Positions 12,726 to 25,085 of a stretch of DNA of 64,000 nt are shown in pieces. The notes beneath the pieces were generated by a model that saw only the letters and a list, made by a program, of their open reading frames with translations, did not search any database and was not told where the DNA came from. Origin of the DNA: Takakia lepidozioides (Eukaryota; Plantae; Bryophyta). Every line of letters starts with the position of its first letter. Position 1 is the stretch's first letter. The position numbers and the translations under genes were made by a program. The stretch covers positions 33,170,001 to 33,234,000 of the forward strand of contig CM060732.1 in NCBI GenBank assembly GCA_030704615.1, read 5' to 3'.

Positions 12726-14231
12726 CATCAGACTCGGCCCTGAGATGCATATTGAATTTTGTAAGTTAGCTCATTGCTCGTTGATAAGTAGGGCTGGGGG
12801 TGTTTGCTGGAACAATTCTAGGCTGTCATTGTCAGCTGCTAGCAGGAAGGCAAGGATGTATGCATGATTTTGTGCAGAGGCATAGATAGCTGAAGGAGCA
12901 GGGATAAAATGTGGGCCCAGATTCGTCCAAGAGGGCCGGCTTTCAAGCTCCATCATTTCAGTGTCATCCATTCAGCCAGGGATTTCTTGGTGACATTGCC
13001 AATGCTTTACTCGCCACACGATGCTTGTAAAGCTTCCTTAGCTTGAATGCTGATTATGCTTGAATTATTAGGTTTGTAAAGCCAGTTTTGAAATTTTCAT
13101 GGTAATCAGCTCTCTTGAAAATCTGTAGGTTGCAAGCCATTTATAGCGGGCCGTGGGTGGACTGGAAGACAGCCATTGAAAGTCCTGGTGCAGGTTAATA
13201 CCAGTGGAGAGCAGTGTAAGCTTCATATGCCCTTTTGTTGCTAGTTATCTTCATGTATGGTGCTGTTGAACACCAACAATCTTTTGGTGAGATTCTGTCT
13301 TGGTGCACGTGTCTGATAAAGAAAGACGGTAATGTTTGTTCTGAAACTTGAAGGCGTGAAATGATTCAACACAGCAAGAGCATTACACGTGTCACAGTAC
13401 AAGGAGGTTAGCTATTTCATGAGCATGAGCGGCATGAGTGGAGTAGCAAGACAATCGGTTTTCATGAGCAGAAGTACAAATTTCGGAAATAAAAAACATT
13501 AAAAAAATTATTTTAATGGAATGTGTCAGAATATATATATATATATATATTCATTTTTTAAAGGGAAAATTGTAGTTTTGAGAGCCGTGCTCATGATATT
13601 TCGTCTTCCGCTCATGCGAATTCCGAGCTACATCTGCAAAAATGGCGCCGAATTTCGCGGTAATAGGTTCCGGAACATGAGAAAACTGCGACGTATTTCG
13701 CAGTAATAGGTGTCTCCGGCGAAAAATGGTGCTGAATTTCCCGGCTATAGGTCCCAACATGGCAGGTGTGTAAGCCCAAAATTTGGAAATGTGGCGCCGA
13801 ATTTCGGTACATGGTGCCGGGCATTGCACAAATGTTGGGCAGTTCTGGGCCATGTAACTGGAAATTCGGTGCCATTTTCCAGATATCGTTTCCAGACAAT
13901 GTTGGGACTTAGCCAGTTTTCGGCCCAAAATACGGAAATTCGGCGCCATTTTTTCAGAAATGGCCCCCTCAACTGCAACTGTTGGAACTCAGTTTTCTGG
14001 AAGATTTGCAAATTTTTCCTGCCGCCATCTTTGTATTGATTCTGTTTCGACATTGAATTGCCACTGGACGTCAACGGATATCCAGCAGTCCATAGTGTTT
14101 AAAAGACATCACTTTAATATTGTCTGTCTCATTCCAGGAGTTTTGGAGTGCAATTCATTACATTGCAAAACAAAGTCTAATGCATCAAAATGCAATTGCA
14201 AATATCCATATGGTAGATTCCCTTTGCCCCA

Positions 14232-17200
14232 TCAATGATTTCTGGAATCCCGGCGGAGAACGTCGTCGCGTACAGCTGAGCCGGCCGTTGTCATCCGATA
14301 AACACGCCCAAGGCTGGGTGGGGGTACGTCCACGGAGCTCTGAATAGTGCAAGCCATCCCAGAGCATTGACAATCCGAGTCTCATTCAACTTGTTGGGAG
14401 GGTGTCGTCTCTTCACTCTTCCGAATCGCATTGTGGGATGTGCAGAATTGTCCAATCCGTCTCTACTGGACTGAGTAGTCTGCAATTGCTGGGTCTGAGG
14501 AACTGGAAACGAGTGGGCCGGGACGTCTGTGCGTTGCACCATTCGAAATCCTGCTGCAGAAAGAGCATCCGCCTCATTCTGAGAGAGGTTGCAACTCGGT
14601 GCAATAGGCCAAACGCCCGGAGGCTCAGGCATTCCCTGAATCCTGTACTTGGGCTTGTCAAATACACATGTCATTATGTCATGCCTACAGAACCAAAACG
14701 TCTGCGTTGTGGCGTGAGAGAATGTAGGAGTCAAAAATCTGCCGCTGAAACAAGGTGCAGGTACAGCACCGTGTGGGTTCCTCCGAATCATCTCACCATA
14801 GCGTGCTCTGGTATCCACCCGGATGGCGCAACACTTCCCTCGAAATGCCGACAATGTCCTTGCAATTCTCCACTGTGACTCCGACACTCTTGTTTCCACA
14901 ATGGGTATGTTGTACCGCGTTACTACAGATGGCTCGTTATGTTCCTCGGGCACGTGCCCTGTGCTCAAAGGAGATGGCGATCTTGAATGTGCAGGACTTG
15001 CGGTGCTCGACGAGACCTCCTCGGGCAACATCACGGGACCACAAGGGAGCGTGCGAATATTCTTGTCAGCTCGCCATGAATCATCTTCTCTGCCAGGTGC
15101 CTCGTCAAGTCTTCATCTCACTGGACGGGTGTGAACATCTCCTTCCAAGTGTTGGCCTCTTCGAAGCAATGGCGTGTACTGAAGGCCCTCTCGCAAGGCT
15201 GCCGCCCACTTGCGAGGATTCTTCGATCTGGAGGCAGTCCGCATCAGCATTTCCTGCTTGTCCGGCCCCAAGCCCCACTGTTTCCCTTTCAAGAACTCGT
15301 TGTACCTGCATTGCTGCATAATTGACCTCACAATGTCCTCCGTTGTGGCAGTGAGGATGTCCACCAGATGCGCCGCAGAGGAGGCATGCCAAGAAGAATG
15401 TACTGATTTGACCATGTTTGTTGTCGTCATGTCGGTATGGTCGGAGTCCAGACACATTTCCTGCACATGCACATGTTGAGATTACAAGCAAGTTACAAAT
15501 AACGACTAGCATAATATTGAACGGGACGTGAATTCGTCCAACTCACCTCCCGCATATAGTCGCCGAACTGGAGGAAACGATTATGCCACCATGCTAGCCA
15601 ACTGACCATTTCTCCCTCGTCTGATTTCTTTAGAGCACCTGACGTTGTCCACCAAGCCCGTATACATGCAAACTGTGTCTCTGCATCATCCAAGGTGGGA
15701 GCACGCTTCCACGCAAAGACACATGGAACGGTGCTCCTCTCTGAAATCTGGCGCCACGAGCCGGGTTGTGTACTGCAACAAGCTCTGTAGAAAATGGAAC
15801 CCACAAGATCTCTCCTTGCCTTCCATCAGAACATTGGGGTCTTCCCCGTACACCCTTCGGATGGCAGCCCAATTTGCTTGTGCGTTGTCCGCCATGAAAC
15901 CACGGAAATTGGGAGGGGGGAATCTTGCCCTGGCCATCTATTTGTTTATTCCCTGCCAAAGAAGCATCTCCGATTGTGTGTCATCTCCTTTCATCTCACA
16001 AATAGCAATTGTCATTAGCATCCTACAGTGGGTGTCGTAGACATGTGCAGCCATTGTCACCCACTGGTGATTTGTAATTCGCTTGATATGGTCGAACATG
16101 ACCCAACTATTTGACAAGTCCCCACTCGTCATCCGGTCGACCAGTTTGACGCCGCTACCACGCCCACACGTTGACATTTTGAATACGAAACAACGATCTG
16201 CCTCAGTCCCTTGTCCATGAAACCTACTTCCATGAATGTAGTCATATCCACATTGTCGCTTCACCTCCAGAATGGAGTGCATATCCGAGCCACGCCCAAT
16301 TTTCTGTTTGCAGGAGACAATGTGGTTTCGGACATTCAGTGAACAGATGTGGGACACTGACTCCAGCAATGCCTCAATTTCCTTCTCATCGAGAGGAACT
16401 CTATCGGAGCCGTCTTCCGACATAATTCTGGCCAATGCCATCTTATGGGCGGCTTGCAGCTGTATCTGTTTGGGTTTGGCACCAGGTCTCAACTTAACCT
16501 CCTCCTGAACAAGCTGCTCTGCCTCGTGGGCAGCCTCCCACGAGTTCCCCCTCGCCAATTTGTGACAATGGGAACCAACGTGTATGCAAGCTCGTGTGAG
16601 GTCAGAAAAACGGTGCAACACATAGAACTGCTTGGCATTACAAACAGACATGCAATGTGGTGGTTCTTTGCAATGTGCACACTTAAATGTGGAGTTTGGA
16701 ACCTTCTCCTGAGCTCGAAATGGTTGATGAGCTGTGCCTGTCCAATCCGTCTCGTTCCTGTGACCTCTGGATTTAAAGTGGAAGCAAGTTGGGGAGAAAC
16801 ACCGCAACGCGCCCGCACAAACAACATAGCGCACCCGCACACCATCGAGCATCTTCATGCTGGTGGTTTTGGTGACGCACCAAGGATGACCGTCATGTTT
16901 CCTATCCATATCTGTCAACATTTCGGACGCCCTCGAATAGTCCGTTCGAGGAGGGAACTCAAAGAACATATTACCGTCGAAATCTGCGGGAAGGCATGTA
17001 ACGGATTTAATGGCAAACTTGCTGTAGTCCAGCCCAGCCAGCTCTGAGCGGTGTCCATCCATGTGAAGCCCCCACAAAATTTCAAGAATGGATCGAACTG
17101 TTGTGTTCGTGCTGGGAATATGACTCCCTCATCCACTGATGTCCATTGAGGACTTGCCTGATCTCCAGGATGATCTCGGAACTTCCATGACCTCGTCGGA

Positions 17201-17635
17201 GTCGGACAGGTTGTGAACAACCCGGTTCTTGCTCGTCTTCATTGATGGGTTCGGCTCTGGATTTACTTCGTTGCGGACTTCTCTCTTTGAGGTACCCACT
17301 CTCTGATTCGCGGATTGTTTCGTGGAAGGCGCTAGGATAGAAGGCGCATTTGGCGGGCAAATGAAGTCCCCAACAGCCCTGTATATGACGCTGTCCGATG
17401 GTGGAACTTGCCATTCCCTGCCGTCGACAAAATCATCGTGGAGCACAACAATACTTTCGACTACAACTCCGTTTGAATCCATCATTTCCTCCTCCAAAAA
17501 TACCGACCCCGATTTCAGGTGGTATCGAACGTAGAGATATTTCTCCATCACCCAGCAGATCTCCCCTCTGCACGGAAATGTAGCTCTATGCTCGTGAGGA
17601 GGGCAGTACACTATAGCGCTCGGGTTTTCTGCCAT
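14232..17635 (-). pseudogene. MULE transposase, lineage B (B1 copy): stop codon, frameshifts and a deleted SWIM finger
   Basis: ORFs 17129-17677, 15938-17077, 15686-15937, 15113-15472 and 14291-15034 are homologous to the A1/B2 transposase. TAG at 15938. The C-terminus reads AVRDDV-LRRDSRNH, lacking the CxC..CxH segment. Confidence 0.9.
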
Positions 17636-18217
17636 GGGAGATGTACACACAAGATTGCCAGGACAGCGTTCGGACAAGCGCCCTAGGAGAAGGGGGGATG
17701 CAGCGAGGGGAAGGAATGCAGGGCCAATTTTTGCAAGCGACGAAGCCTATTCACGAATTCGGGGAGCCCACTCTCCCAAAAATCCACTGTCAGAGAGTTA
17801 ATGAACCTTGTTTGCGGAATGCGGCCCTTGGCCTTTGCGCAATAACAGCCAACAGTATGCAGTCAGAAGGTATATGACCTGTGCAGATGCGCTACGCAAA
17901 CCAATCATTACGACGTCTGACAAGAAGCATGGGGGGGCGAGCGTGCAAGCACCTTCCCCATGGACAAAGGGAACTAACAGAGGTGGCATTCCAGTGGGCC
18001 TGATTACAAGATTGAGTGCCAGACCCTCGCTGCCAAAAGTCAACATACAACAAAATCCAACATTGCGCAAAAAGTGGAACTTTGGTTCAAAGGAGACATT
18101 TTTATTAATAATGAACTGTGACAAGTATGTATGCCCTCACAAGCCAAGGGAAGCCAAAAGTATGCATGCCATCCATGCTCAGGTAAGTTGGGAATTTTTT
18201 CCCGTGTTGCACTAACA

Positions 18218-18790
18218 TCACCAAGAAGCTGGAACCTCCATTGGCCTCTCAACAAGCTCATGACTGACAGGGTGTCGGTAGGTGAAGACAATGGATGCAG
18301 CCCGTTCTGCTTTGGTGTAGTGGACAACGGTGTCATGTCCTCCGATATATGCACCATCGTAAATCGAGATCTTTGTTGTGGAGAGACTGCGTCCATAGGA
18401 CTCATCCTCGTAGCTTATGAGAATGTCCCCATACACTGTTTGCGATGGAATCCTCTCTGGCATGTATGTACACCGGATGCAATCCTCGAAGGCCCATTGG
18501 CAGCACCTTCAATGATGTAGGAAGGCTGTGCGGCTTTTGGGGATGTTCCATGTAGGTGGATACTGCAGATCAATGATTCGCAGGCACCAAAGCCGCGCAA
18601 GCCTGTCCCCGCGAGGCTGATCGTGGAAGCCAGGAAGGTACTCAAGAGCGGACAGGTGCACCCTCCTCTACTGAGAGTGGTCTATCCAATCCTGCAGGTA
18701 TATGAAAATATCCCCTGACTTGGGCGAGAAGTCCCACGGGGTGCGATGCTTGTTTGGGCAGTTAAGGGGATCCCGGCACACCATCGAGGA
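18218..18790 (-). pseudogene. Cargo ORF3 homolog (unknown function) with internal stops
   Basis: Translates SGDIFIY..ALEYLPG..RGD..WCLRIID..RTAF..*RCCQW..YGDILI..KISIYDG..FTYRHPVSHELVERPMEVP, aligning by eye with ORF 27536-28210. TGA at 18509-18511 replaces a W. Confidence 0.8.
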
Positions 18791-19039
18791 CTACTGAAAG
18801 GGCTGCCAAGAAGCACAGAGGGTGCGCAGGGAAGGGGGAGTGTGAGGAAGATGAGGAGTTCGGAGCGAGGAAGTGTTGTTGTTGTCTCGGTTTGAAACGC
18901 GTGGGTCACGAGCGAAGGTCGGGCAAGTGGCAAAGGAAAAGAGCACCATTTAATATAACCATACCCAGGAATGAGGCGCAGAATTTACTTTGACAGGTCG
19001 TCCAATCGGAGGGTGACGGCCCCACGTGCTTGCTAGAGA

Positions 19040-19735
19040 AGATCCCCCGGATGGAAAAACGGCGCCGAATTTCCATCCGAGGCCCGTTGGATGAAGTCGT
19101 CTCGGGGGGAGAGGCCGACACCTGGCCGACAGAGAAGATCCCCCGGATGGAAAAACGGCGCCGAATTTCCATCCGAGGGCGCACGGATGAAGTCGGCTCG
19201 GGGGAGAGGCCGACACCTGGCCGACAGAGAACATCCCCCGGATGGGAAAACGGCGCCGAATTTCCATCCGAGGCCCGATGGATGAAGTCGTCTCGGGGGG
19301 AGAGGCCGACACCTGGCCGACAGAGAACATCCCCCGGATGAAAAAACGGCGCCGAATTTCCATCCGAGGCCCGTTGGATGAAGTCGTCTCAGGGGGAGAG
19401 CCCGACACATGGCCGACAGACAACATCCCCCGGATGGAAAAATGGCGCCGAATTTCCATCCACAGACGCCCGTATCGGCCCTTCTTCAACATTTTTTAGT
19501 CGTTGGATGAAGTTTTTCGCGTATTTTTGACTGGTTACACACTAAACTTGGAATTTTTTGCCTGCAGGATAAAAATTCGGCGCCGGATTCCCATCCGGCC
19601 CCGCTCCGAATTACCTGCAGGATGGACTTTTCCATCCGGCGTCTCGTGGATGAGAACGGCTCGGGCGGAGGGAGGGCCACGTTGCGTCCTACTTCATCCG
19701 CTGGATGGAAATTCGGCGCCGTTTTTTCCATCTAG
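19040..19735. repeat. B-type palindrome array (GGATGGAAAAACGGCGCCGAATTTCCATCC), ~96 bp units x5 plus scattered sites, between the divergent genes
   Basis: Units start near 19045, 19141, 19236, 19332 and 19428. Confidence 0.9.
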
Positions 19736-22088
19736 TGGGCGACTGATGAAGTCTCGGGGGGAGGGTGGGCCTGTCGGCGCCTGTGGCCGACCTCCATACC
19801 TACGACATTTATTGGCGCAGTTGCGCATTAAATGTACTCTGCCGTCGGTTTTGAACCAGATGTTCCACAAGGATTCCACGCTTGCTTCCCGGATACGCCT
19901 TCGACACCTGATGTGACGCTTGGATGAAATTCCATTCGAGGCATGTAGGCACGCATATCTCGGGAGATTTTTTCTTTTGCTGGGACTTATGCCGCGTGGA
20001 GAAGGGCGTGGCTCTCCTGAGAGAAACCCCACACCCAGACCACGGCGGAAGCTGAAGGCTTTGTACTACGGGCGGCGTCCAACCTCTCGCATGGCCAAAC
20101 TGAAGCTCCAGCAGGAGATCCCATTGTCTTGCTCACAGCCCGCGCCAACTAAAGCCGAGCACTCTCAGGCAAGCCCCTTCCTCTTTCGCTTTGTGTAACA
20201 TGTGCGGTCTTCCTCGCTTTTTGTTTGTTTGTTTTGGCATCTTCAGCCTGGCAGCCCTGGAAGTGCATGGTTGCATCGCAAAAGCACGAGTTGGTGAGAT
20301 GAATGATCAAGGTCAGAGGGGTTAGAAAGGAGCCAGGTTGTTGCAAAAGCAGGAATTGGTGAGAAGAATGATGAAGGTCAGAGGGGTTAGAGCCAGGTCG
20401 TTGCTGCATAGAGATTTGCAACAGGGTGCACACCTTTGCTACAGATGACAGGTTGCATCCCAGAATCAAGGAAATCCATGCTGAGCTGAGAAGATTGTCT
20501 GGGCAGATGAAGTGTCTTCAAAACATTTCATCCTCTTTTCCCGTCTTATCAAAATCGTCCTTAAATTTTCATGTTGATTTCAGCAAGTTACTGGTTGAGT
20601 GAACCTTAGATAGTTTGCAATGCGTGTGCAAAGCCGGCAGCTCTGGAAAAGGCTGCTTCTGCATGTGATTCTTAGGGATTGCTTGGGTTTGTTTTCATTG
20701 TTGTTCCATGCCACTCCATACTTGGTTTTGTTTTGTTTTCATTGTTGTTCCACGATTGTTGCGATGGTGGTTTTCATTGCGATGTTGGTTCTCACGATTG
20801 TTGGGGATGACAGAGTGACGACAAACCCGACACGCTGGTGGTATCATCGACAGCTCCAACTGCTCGAGCAATCACTCCAAAAGCCGCTACTCATCGCATG
20901 TTTGCATCGCCCAACTTGGGGCGGGAGGGCAAACTAAATCCTTTTGTTGGTGGACGGGAGGACCTGCAGCGAGAGTACGACAAAATAGGCATTCGGGAGG
21001 TTGGTGCAGGCAGCATGGCAGGTGAAGGGCGTTGGATGAGGACAACAGATCCGGCAATGGAGGAAGTTGATGTACCTGCAGTAGGGCCCGCCCACGCAAA
21101 GAAGACGAAGAAAGCCAAGCACATGCAATCCCCGGCGAGAGAGCCGTCAAGGGCTGCGGAGGGGGGAGTGAGCAGGGCGCGCGAGGGTGTCAGTTCGCCT
21201 CAATCAAAGGTGGTCGTCTTGGAGGCCTCCCCTGCTGCTACCCCTAGTAAGAAACAGAAGGCCCGTGAGAGGGCAAAAGAACAGGCGAGACATAAGGCTA
21301 GCCACGAGGCAAGAGTAAAGGCCACTAAAGAGGTCAGGGTTGTCGAAATGACAGATGCCCATGTAAGCGAGGGACGCATAGAGACGGTGGAGCCCTCCAA
21401 GACACCACAAATAGGCAGTAACACACCGGTTACACCATCGCAGGTAGGAGTAGCCCACCAAATTACCCATACGGTGGAGACTGGAGGAGGGGAAAGAACA
21501 CCACAAAGAGCACGGATTGTGGAAGTTCGAGGTGAAGCCGGGGAGAGGCCAGTAGAGACGGGGAGAGTGCTCGAGGTGGTTTTGGCGGTGGTTGACCATG
21601 TTGAGGACGACAAGAGGGAGCTTTCTGACCAGGATGACATCCTCCCGGACATCCCCAGGCCCCAAACCCGGAGCATACAGGCTGAATTTGGCGGTCCGGG
21701 TGGGCTGCCGGAGAACCCCCCTGCAACAAACGTCATGTCGAAGGCGGATATGAAGTTGGCCGCTGCCAAGATGTTGGAGGCAACCCACAGCAACATTGGC
21801 AGGGTGTACCCGGCCAAGCTTCGGATTCCCCTTTGCCGCTTGGTTTCATTGCAGGTGGTGAGACCTGCCCTCCCAGGCGATATTGACAAGCTGAAATTCT
21901 CTTTCCGGGAAGGATATCGAATGGGGTCTGCCGCGTTTTACGTTTCCATGGAGAACGACCACGGAGCTTCTCGTGCCCACACTTCCGATGAGGTGGACAA
22001 ATGGGGTCCCCATTGGCAAAGGCGAAATGAGGAGTTCGAGAGATTGATTGCTACTGATCCTCTTTTCCAGCACTTGTCCGGAAAGATG

Positions 22089-22931
22089 CACTACAACAGA
22101 TCGCGGTAGTTATGACTGCCAAACCGTGGTAGTCATGGTTTTCATGACTTTGACCATGACTGCACCCATGTTTTTATATGAAATTGACTTGCCGCAGTCG
22201 TTCATACGACTATAATCATATGAACGACTATCTAAATAGTCATCTATATGACTACATGGCTCCGAAATGGGCGGAAGGCTGGTCAACGGCAATTGACCAG
22301 ATTTAGATCACCATTCATAGTCATTTCCATGACTACAGTGTACATGGATGAGGTTACATAGTCATGATGACTACTGGGGATTTTGTAATTTGGTGTGTAT
22401 AATGCAATTAAAACACCATATGATCGTATGAATGACTAATGGGTGTATTGGTTAACAGGTAGTGAACTATAACTCTTATAGTAAAGAGGTTGCAGGTTCA
22501 ACTCCTCCAAGTACAATCAAATGATAAGATGGCCCTAGGTTAGTAGGCGAGCTAGGGATAGCACGTGGTACCCTAGATGGACTGCCACGTGGTTTTTTCA
22601 TTATTATAAAATGCATTATGCCACGTGGCACAATGCGGTGCGACGCGGCGTTTGACATATGTTTTTTTTTCGGTTTTTTTAATTTAATTTAATTTTTTTA
22701 ATCAATTGCGCCTCGCCACGTGGCGCGGAAGCGGCCGCTGCAGTATGGTATATATGATTGCAGTGAGAGATATCACTTGGTTCATATGACTGTAGTCATC
22801 CGGACCGTACCATCCTATACTCATTGTATTGACTTGGTTTGCACGACTTACAGTCATAGAAGTCATATGTACCGTTTATGACTGTAGAATAGTCATACAT
22901 ACAGTCTTAAATACCGCGATCTGTTGTAGTG
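22089..22931. mobile_element. Non-autonomous CACTA element, 843 bp
   Basis: Perfect 20 bp TIR CACTACAACAGATCGCGGTA/TACCGCGATCTGTTGTAGTG. 3 bp TSD ATG/ACG (one mismatch). ATGACT/AGTCAT subterminal repeats. Absent from B2 at the same site. Confidence 0.95.
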
Positions 22932-24404
22932 ACGTTTTACGTGTGGGACGACAATCATCGCCTCCTGGCATGGATGGAGTACATAGCCCAAGCCCACCCC
23001 AACGACCTGGATTGGCATTTCGCCATGGAGTGTGTTGTGCTCAAGGTTGCAGGGCCCAAAGATCGCATTCAAAGCGGCAATGGCAGACATCAACTCGTAA
23101 GTTACAATGCCTCTTGCTTTGGAACTTTGAATTTGAAACAGTCATTTCATTGCCAATCGTCATATTTGTTGCAAATTCTCATTTTAGTATTGTTTAATGG
23201 AAATGTGGCATTGCAGGGTGACTGAGAATGCCTTCATTGCCACCAACTTGTCCCATATGCTCTTCCGAGTGAAGGATGTCGGGAAGCAGGGGGTACAAGA
23301 GTTTGCCAATTCGCTCAGTGCCGACCTGCTGCGCAAGTCGGAGGCAAAGGCAAACAGAACCTGGTATAGGCTGAGCATGGACGCCATGGTGGACTACATA
23401 TTTGGGGTAAAGCTCCTGACTATTTTGTTCAGCTTATCTGTCTCTCCTCCCCCAATAGAAGAAAAAGTGTTGACCAGGATTTCTAATCATATCTGCGCAT
23501 TCTTGACAGACGAAAATTCAGCAGGATTTGGCACATGCGCGGAGGTTCTACATGGAGTCAGAGGAGAAGAAACTAACCCCCGGCACTGGAATTGTATCTC
23601 AAAGCTGCGGAGGCGAAGGCCCGCATAAAGTACAAGTCGCGGATGGTAAAGTACGTGGCCATAGCTGATCCCGCCCTTGGTGCCGACTTTCTGGTGGAGG
23701 TGGGGAAGCACTACTCCCACGCTCTAAAGCCCACGATGACATTGGAGAAGCTGCATCGTCTAGCCACATCCTGTGTGGATGCAACAGAAAAAGTTATACA
23801 TTCTTAACCAAATTGTCGTGGCAGCAATTTGTTTTTGTGGTGTTTGGCGCTTACTAATATGCTGGGTGGTTTGACAGACCCGGTGGCCTCAAATCTGGAA
23901 TGGTTCCCAAAGTACAAGGGACATGTGGAGCTTCCCCAAACCCGACAAACTGTCCGAGCCCACATTCGACATGTGGATGAACCGCATGACATGGTGGTTT
24001 CAGGTACTTTCCCACGCTTCATTTGGGGCTTCCACTCTTGTATCAGATGGATTTATTGTATTTTTTAAGGAAAGCGGTCTGATGGAGAATCTCCACAGGT
24101 GACGACAAATGCGCAAGAACAGCTTGACACACAAGCACATCAGTTCAAGCTGGAGATTTCTGGTGAAGTAGAGAGCCTACGCGACTATGTGACGAGGTAC
24201 TTTCTGCTCCACAAAACTGACCTATTCTTTCGAGAGATATCCCATGCCCGCCGGAGCCACGAGTTCACCGACCAGTTGAACGCGGACAAAGCGGCAATGC
24301 GCCTTCTGTACAGGTACATACGCGATGCCTTTCTTTTTAGTCCCTACATTTTGAGGATTTAAGAGGCCTTATGTGGAGCATGAAAATTAGTTGTGAAGAA
24401 ATCC

Positions 24405-25085
24405 TTGGAAAAATGGCGCCGAATTTCCGGATTCGGGCCCAGGGGGATGGCTGTCCAGGGGGTGGCTGGCACTGCCTGGAAATTCGGCGTCATTTTTCCA
24501 ATTGCAGGCCCAATCAGATCTGGGACTTAGCCATTCTCGGCCCCAACCTTGGAAAATGGCGCCTAATTTCCAGTTCAGGGCCCCAAAATGGCTAAGTCCC
24601 TTGGGTGGCTGGCACCGAAACCGGAAATTCGGCGCCATTTTTTCCAGTTCCGGCCGGCCCATCAGTTCTGGGGGGGGTAGCCATTTTCGGCCCCAACCTG
24701 GGGAAATGGCGCCTAATTTCCAGTTCAGGGCCCCAAAATGGCTAAGTCCCTTGGGTGGCTGGCACCGAAACCAGAAATTCGGCGCCATTTTTCCAGTTCC
24801 GGCCCCAATCAATTCTGGGACTTAGCCATTTTCGGCCCCAATATGGGAAAATGGCGCCGAATTTCCAGTTCAGGGCCCCCAAAATGGCTAAGTCCCTGGG
24901 GTGGCTGGCACCAAAACTAGAAATTCGGCGCCTTTTTCCAGTTGGCGGCCCCAAGTCAGTTTTGGGACTTAGCCATTTCGGCCCCATCTGGGAAAATGGG
25001 CGCCGAATTTCCAGTTCAGGGCCCCGAAAATGGGTCAGTCCCTGGGGTGGCTGGCACCGAAACTGGAAATTCGGCGCCATTTTTC
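24405..25085. repeat. Intronic B-type palindrome array (~73 bp spacing) within intron 24314-25163 of the ParB-MTase gene
   Basis: GGCGCC centres at 24558, 24631, 24708, 24781, 24853, 24927, 24999 and 25073. Confidence 0.9.
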
